A stretch of DNA of 64,000 nt. Origin: the human T2T-CHM13v2.0 reference genome, Homo sapiens. The number at the start of each line of letters is the position of its first letter. Within the stretch, counting starts at the first letter, position 1. The notes below the pieces were generated by a model. That model searched no databases and was not told the origin of the DNA. It saw nothing but the letters and a program-made list of their open reading frames with translations. Location: the NCBI RefSeq assembly GCF_009914755.1, contig NC_060925.1; one strand, given 5' to 3'. A program made the translations under genes and the position numbers. Positions 62,525-64,000 of this stretch are shown in pieces.

Positions 62525-62660
62525 GGGGTAAGTTGGGGCTAAAGCCAGCCTGAACTTTATGTACAAGCCATAACCCCTGGCATGGGACAGTGTCCACCTG
62601 CAGAAAAGAGCATTTTTACTAATTTCCACAAAGGTATCCTATGTGGTAGTCACTACCTTG
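62525..62660. mobile_element. MER45A-like hAT element
   Basis: gagcatttttactaatttccacaaagg...gtagtcactaccttg. Confidence 0.55.
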
Positions 62661-63449
62661 ATAAAACTACAGATCATATCATCCATACACGTAGTAAGCT
62701 TAGAACAAATGACTGGAAGGAGACACACGAAAGTGTGGCTGAGTGAGAATTAACAGAGGACAGTCTAGGGCCCTAGGGTGTCCAGAGGAAGACACCAAGG
62801 AGCCAAGGCCCAGGTTTTAGTGGATGACCCTGGGCATGTTCACTGGCACTCAGCGTGTGCTAGGATAGTAAAATCAGGACCCCACAACGTTGCTGAAGTT
62901 TGCACTAACAAAGGTGCTCCTACCAACCCCTCCTCCATGTAGGCCTCAAATAGAGTGAACATACTACAAAACGCACAAGGCCACTGTCTCCACTGGCTGA
63001 AACTGTGCAAGAAGAGCCTCAGCTTGAGGGTAGCAAAGCTCTGTCGACATCTCCAAAGTACGCTCTTCTGAGGAAATTCCTGGAATCTAAGATAATTACT
63101 CCGAGGGAGCTGAAAGGTTTACTGAACTTTGCCAGTTCCTGGCAGCTGCTTTGCACATAGCAAAGATAATAATTGTATAAGCTCCAGGAGCAACTTGCTA
63201 TCAAAAGCCAAAAGGGAATGGAACCAAATGTAAACTTACTTGCCACATAAATGTTGGGGAGAAAGAATGACCAAGAGGTCTGGTATGTGAAGTGTGAGGC
63301 ACTTATTTGAAAGTCGGATGTTCATATGTGCCTGACTAAACAGCATTACCATCCAAATCAGCACTTCGCGGTGGTGAGAATCCTCTCAGGATGTTCAAAG
63401 AGTGGAGAAGGTGACAAGAAAGTGGTGAGGCTGGGGCTGTGGTGGCTTA

Positions 63450-63620
<171 letters not shown>

Positions 63621-63769
63621 CTAGAGGGTGGAGAGGACATCTGAGACGCTGCACTAACAGCTAGTTAAAGCAGAAATCAGTGAAGGAAAGGAAATTTGAG
63701 AAGCAGGAAGGGTTTGGTAGCTGGAAGACATTCCTTGCTAGATTTCAGCAGGAGGAGGGATGGAATTTA

Positions 63770-63925
<156 letters not shown>

Positions 63926-64000
63926 CTAAAAACCATGTAAACAAACAAACAAGACGGTTTTAATTTTTTTTTCCTGTTATCACTCATGAGAGTTTCTCAT

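Overview
Human genomic DNA from chr1p22. The right half (about 35050-64000) carries the 3' part of ABCA4 on the minus strand. I traced exons 34-50 by splice signals and reading frame; they join into 2049 coding nt, giving 682 aa plus stop (residues ~1592-2273: end of exocytoplasmic domain 2, TMD2, NBD2 and the VFVNFA tail), followed by a ~400-nt 3'UTR with AATAAA. The left half (1-35000) is intergenic and dominated by old transposons (Alu, MIR, L1M, L2, MaLR/ERV LTRs, Tigger and MER DNA elements); I found no credible protein-coding gene there. Most computed ORFs are spurious or exon read-through. I see no new gene or prokaryote-style system. The most interesting signals concern RNA processing and genome architecture: (i) exon 40 begins with GTGAGG, so exon junctions rebuild a 5' splice site, a possible re-splicing explanation for exon 39+40 co-skipping; (ii) two GC-AG introns; (iii) inverted Alus flanking exon 48; (iv) latent pseudoexons in intron 36; (v) a CRX/NRL motif cluster in intron 47; (vi) a collapsed full-length L1, a 75-bp dispersed duplication and template-switch scars. 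Exon numbering, c. positions, variant names and repeat subfamily names come from recall and were not checked against databases.
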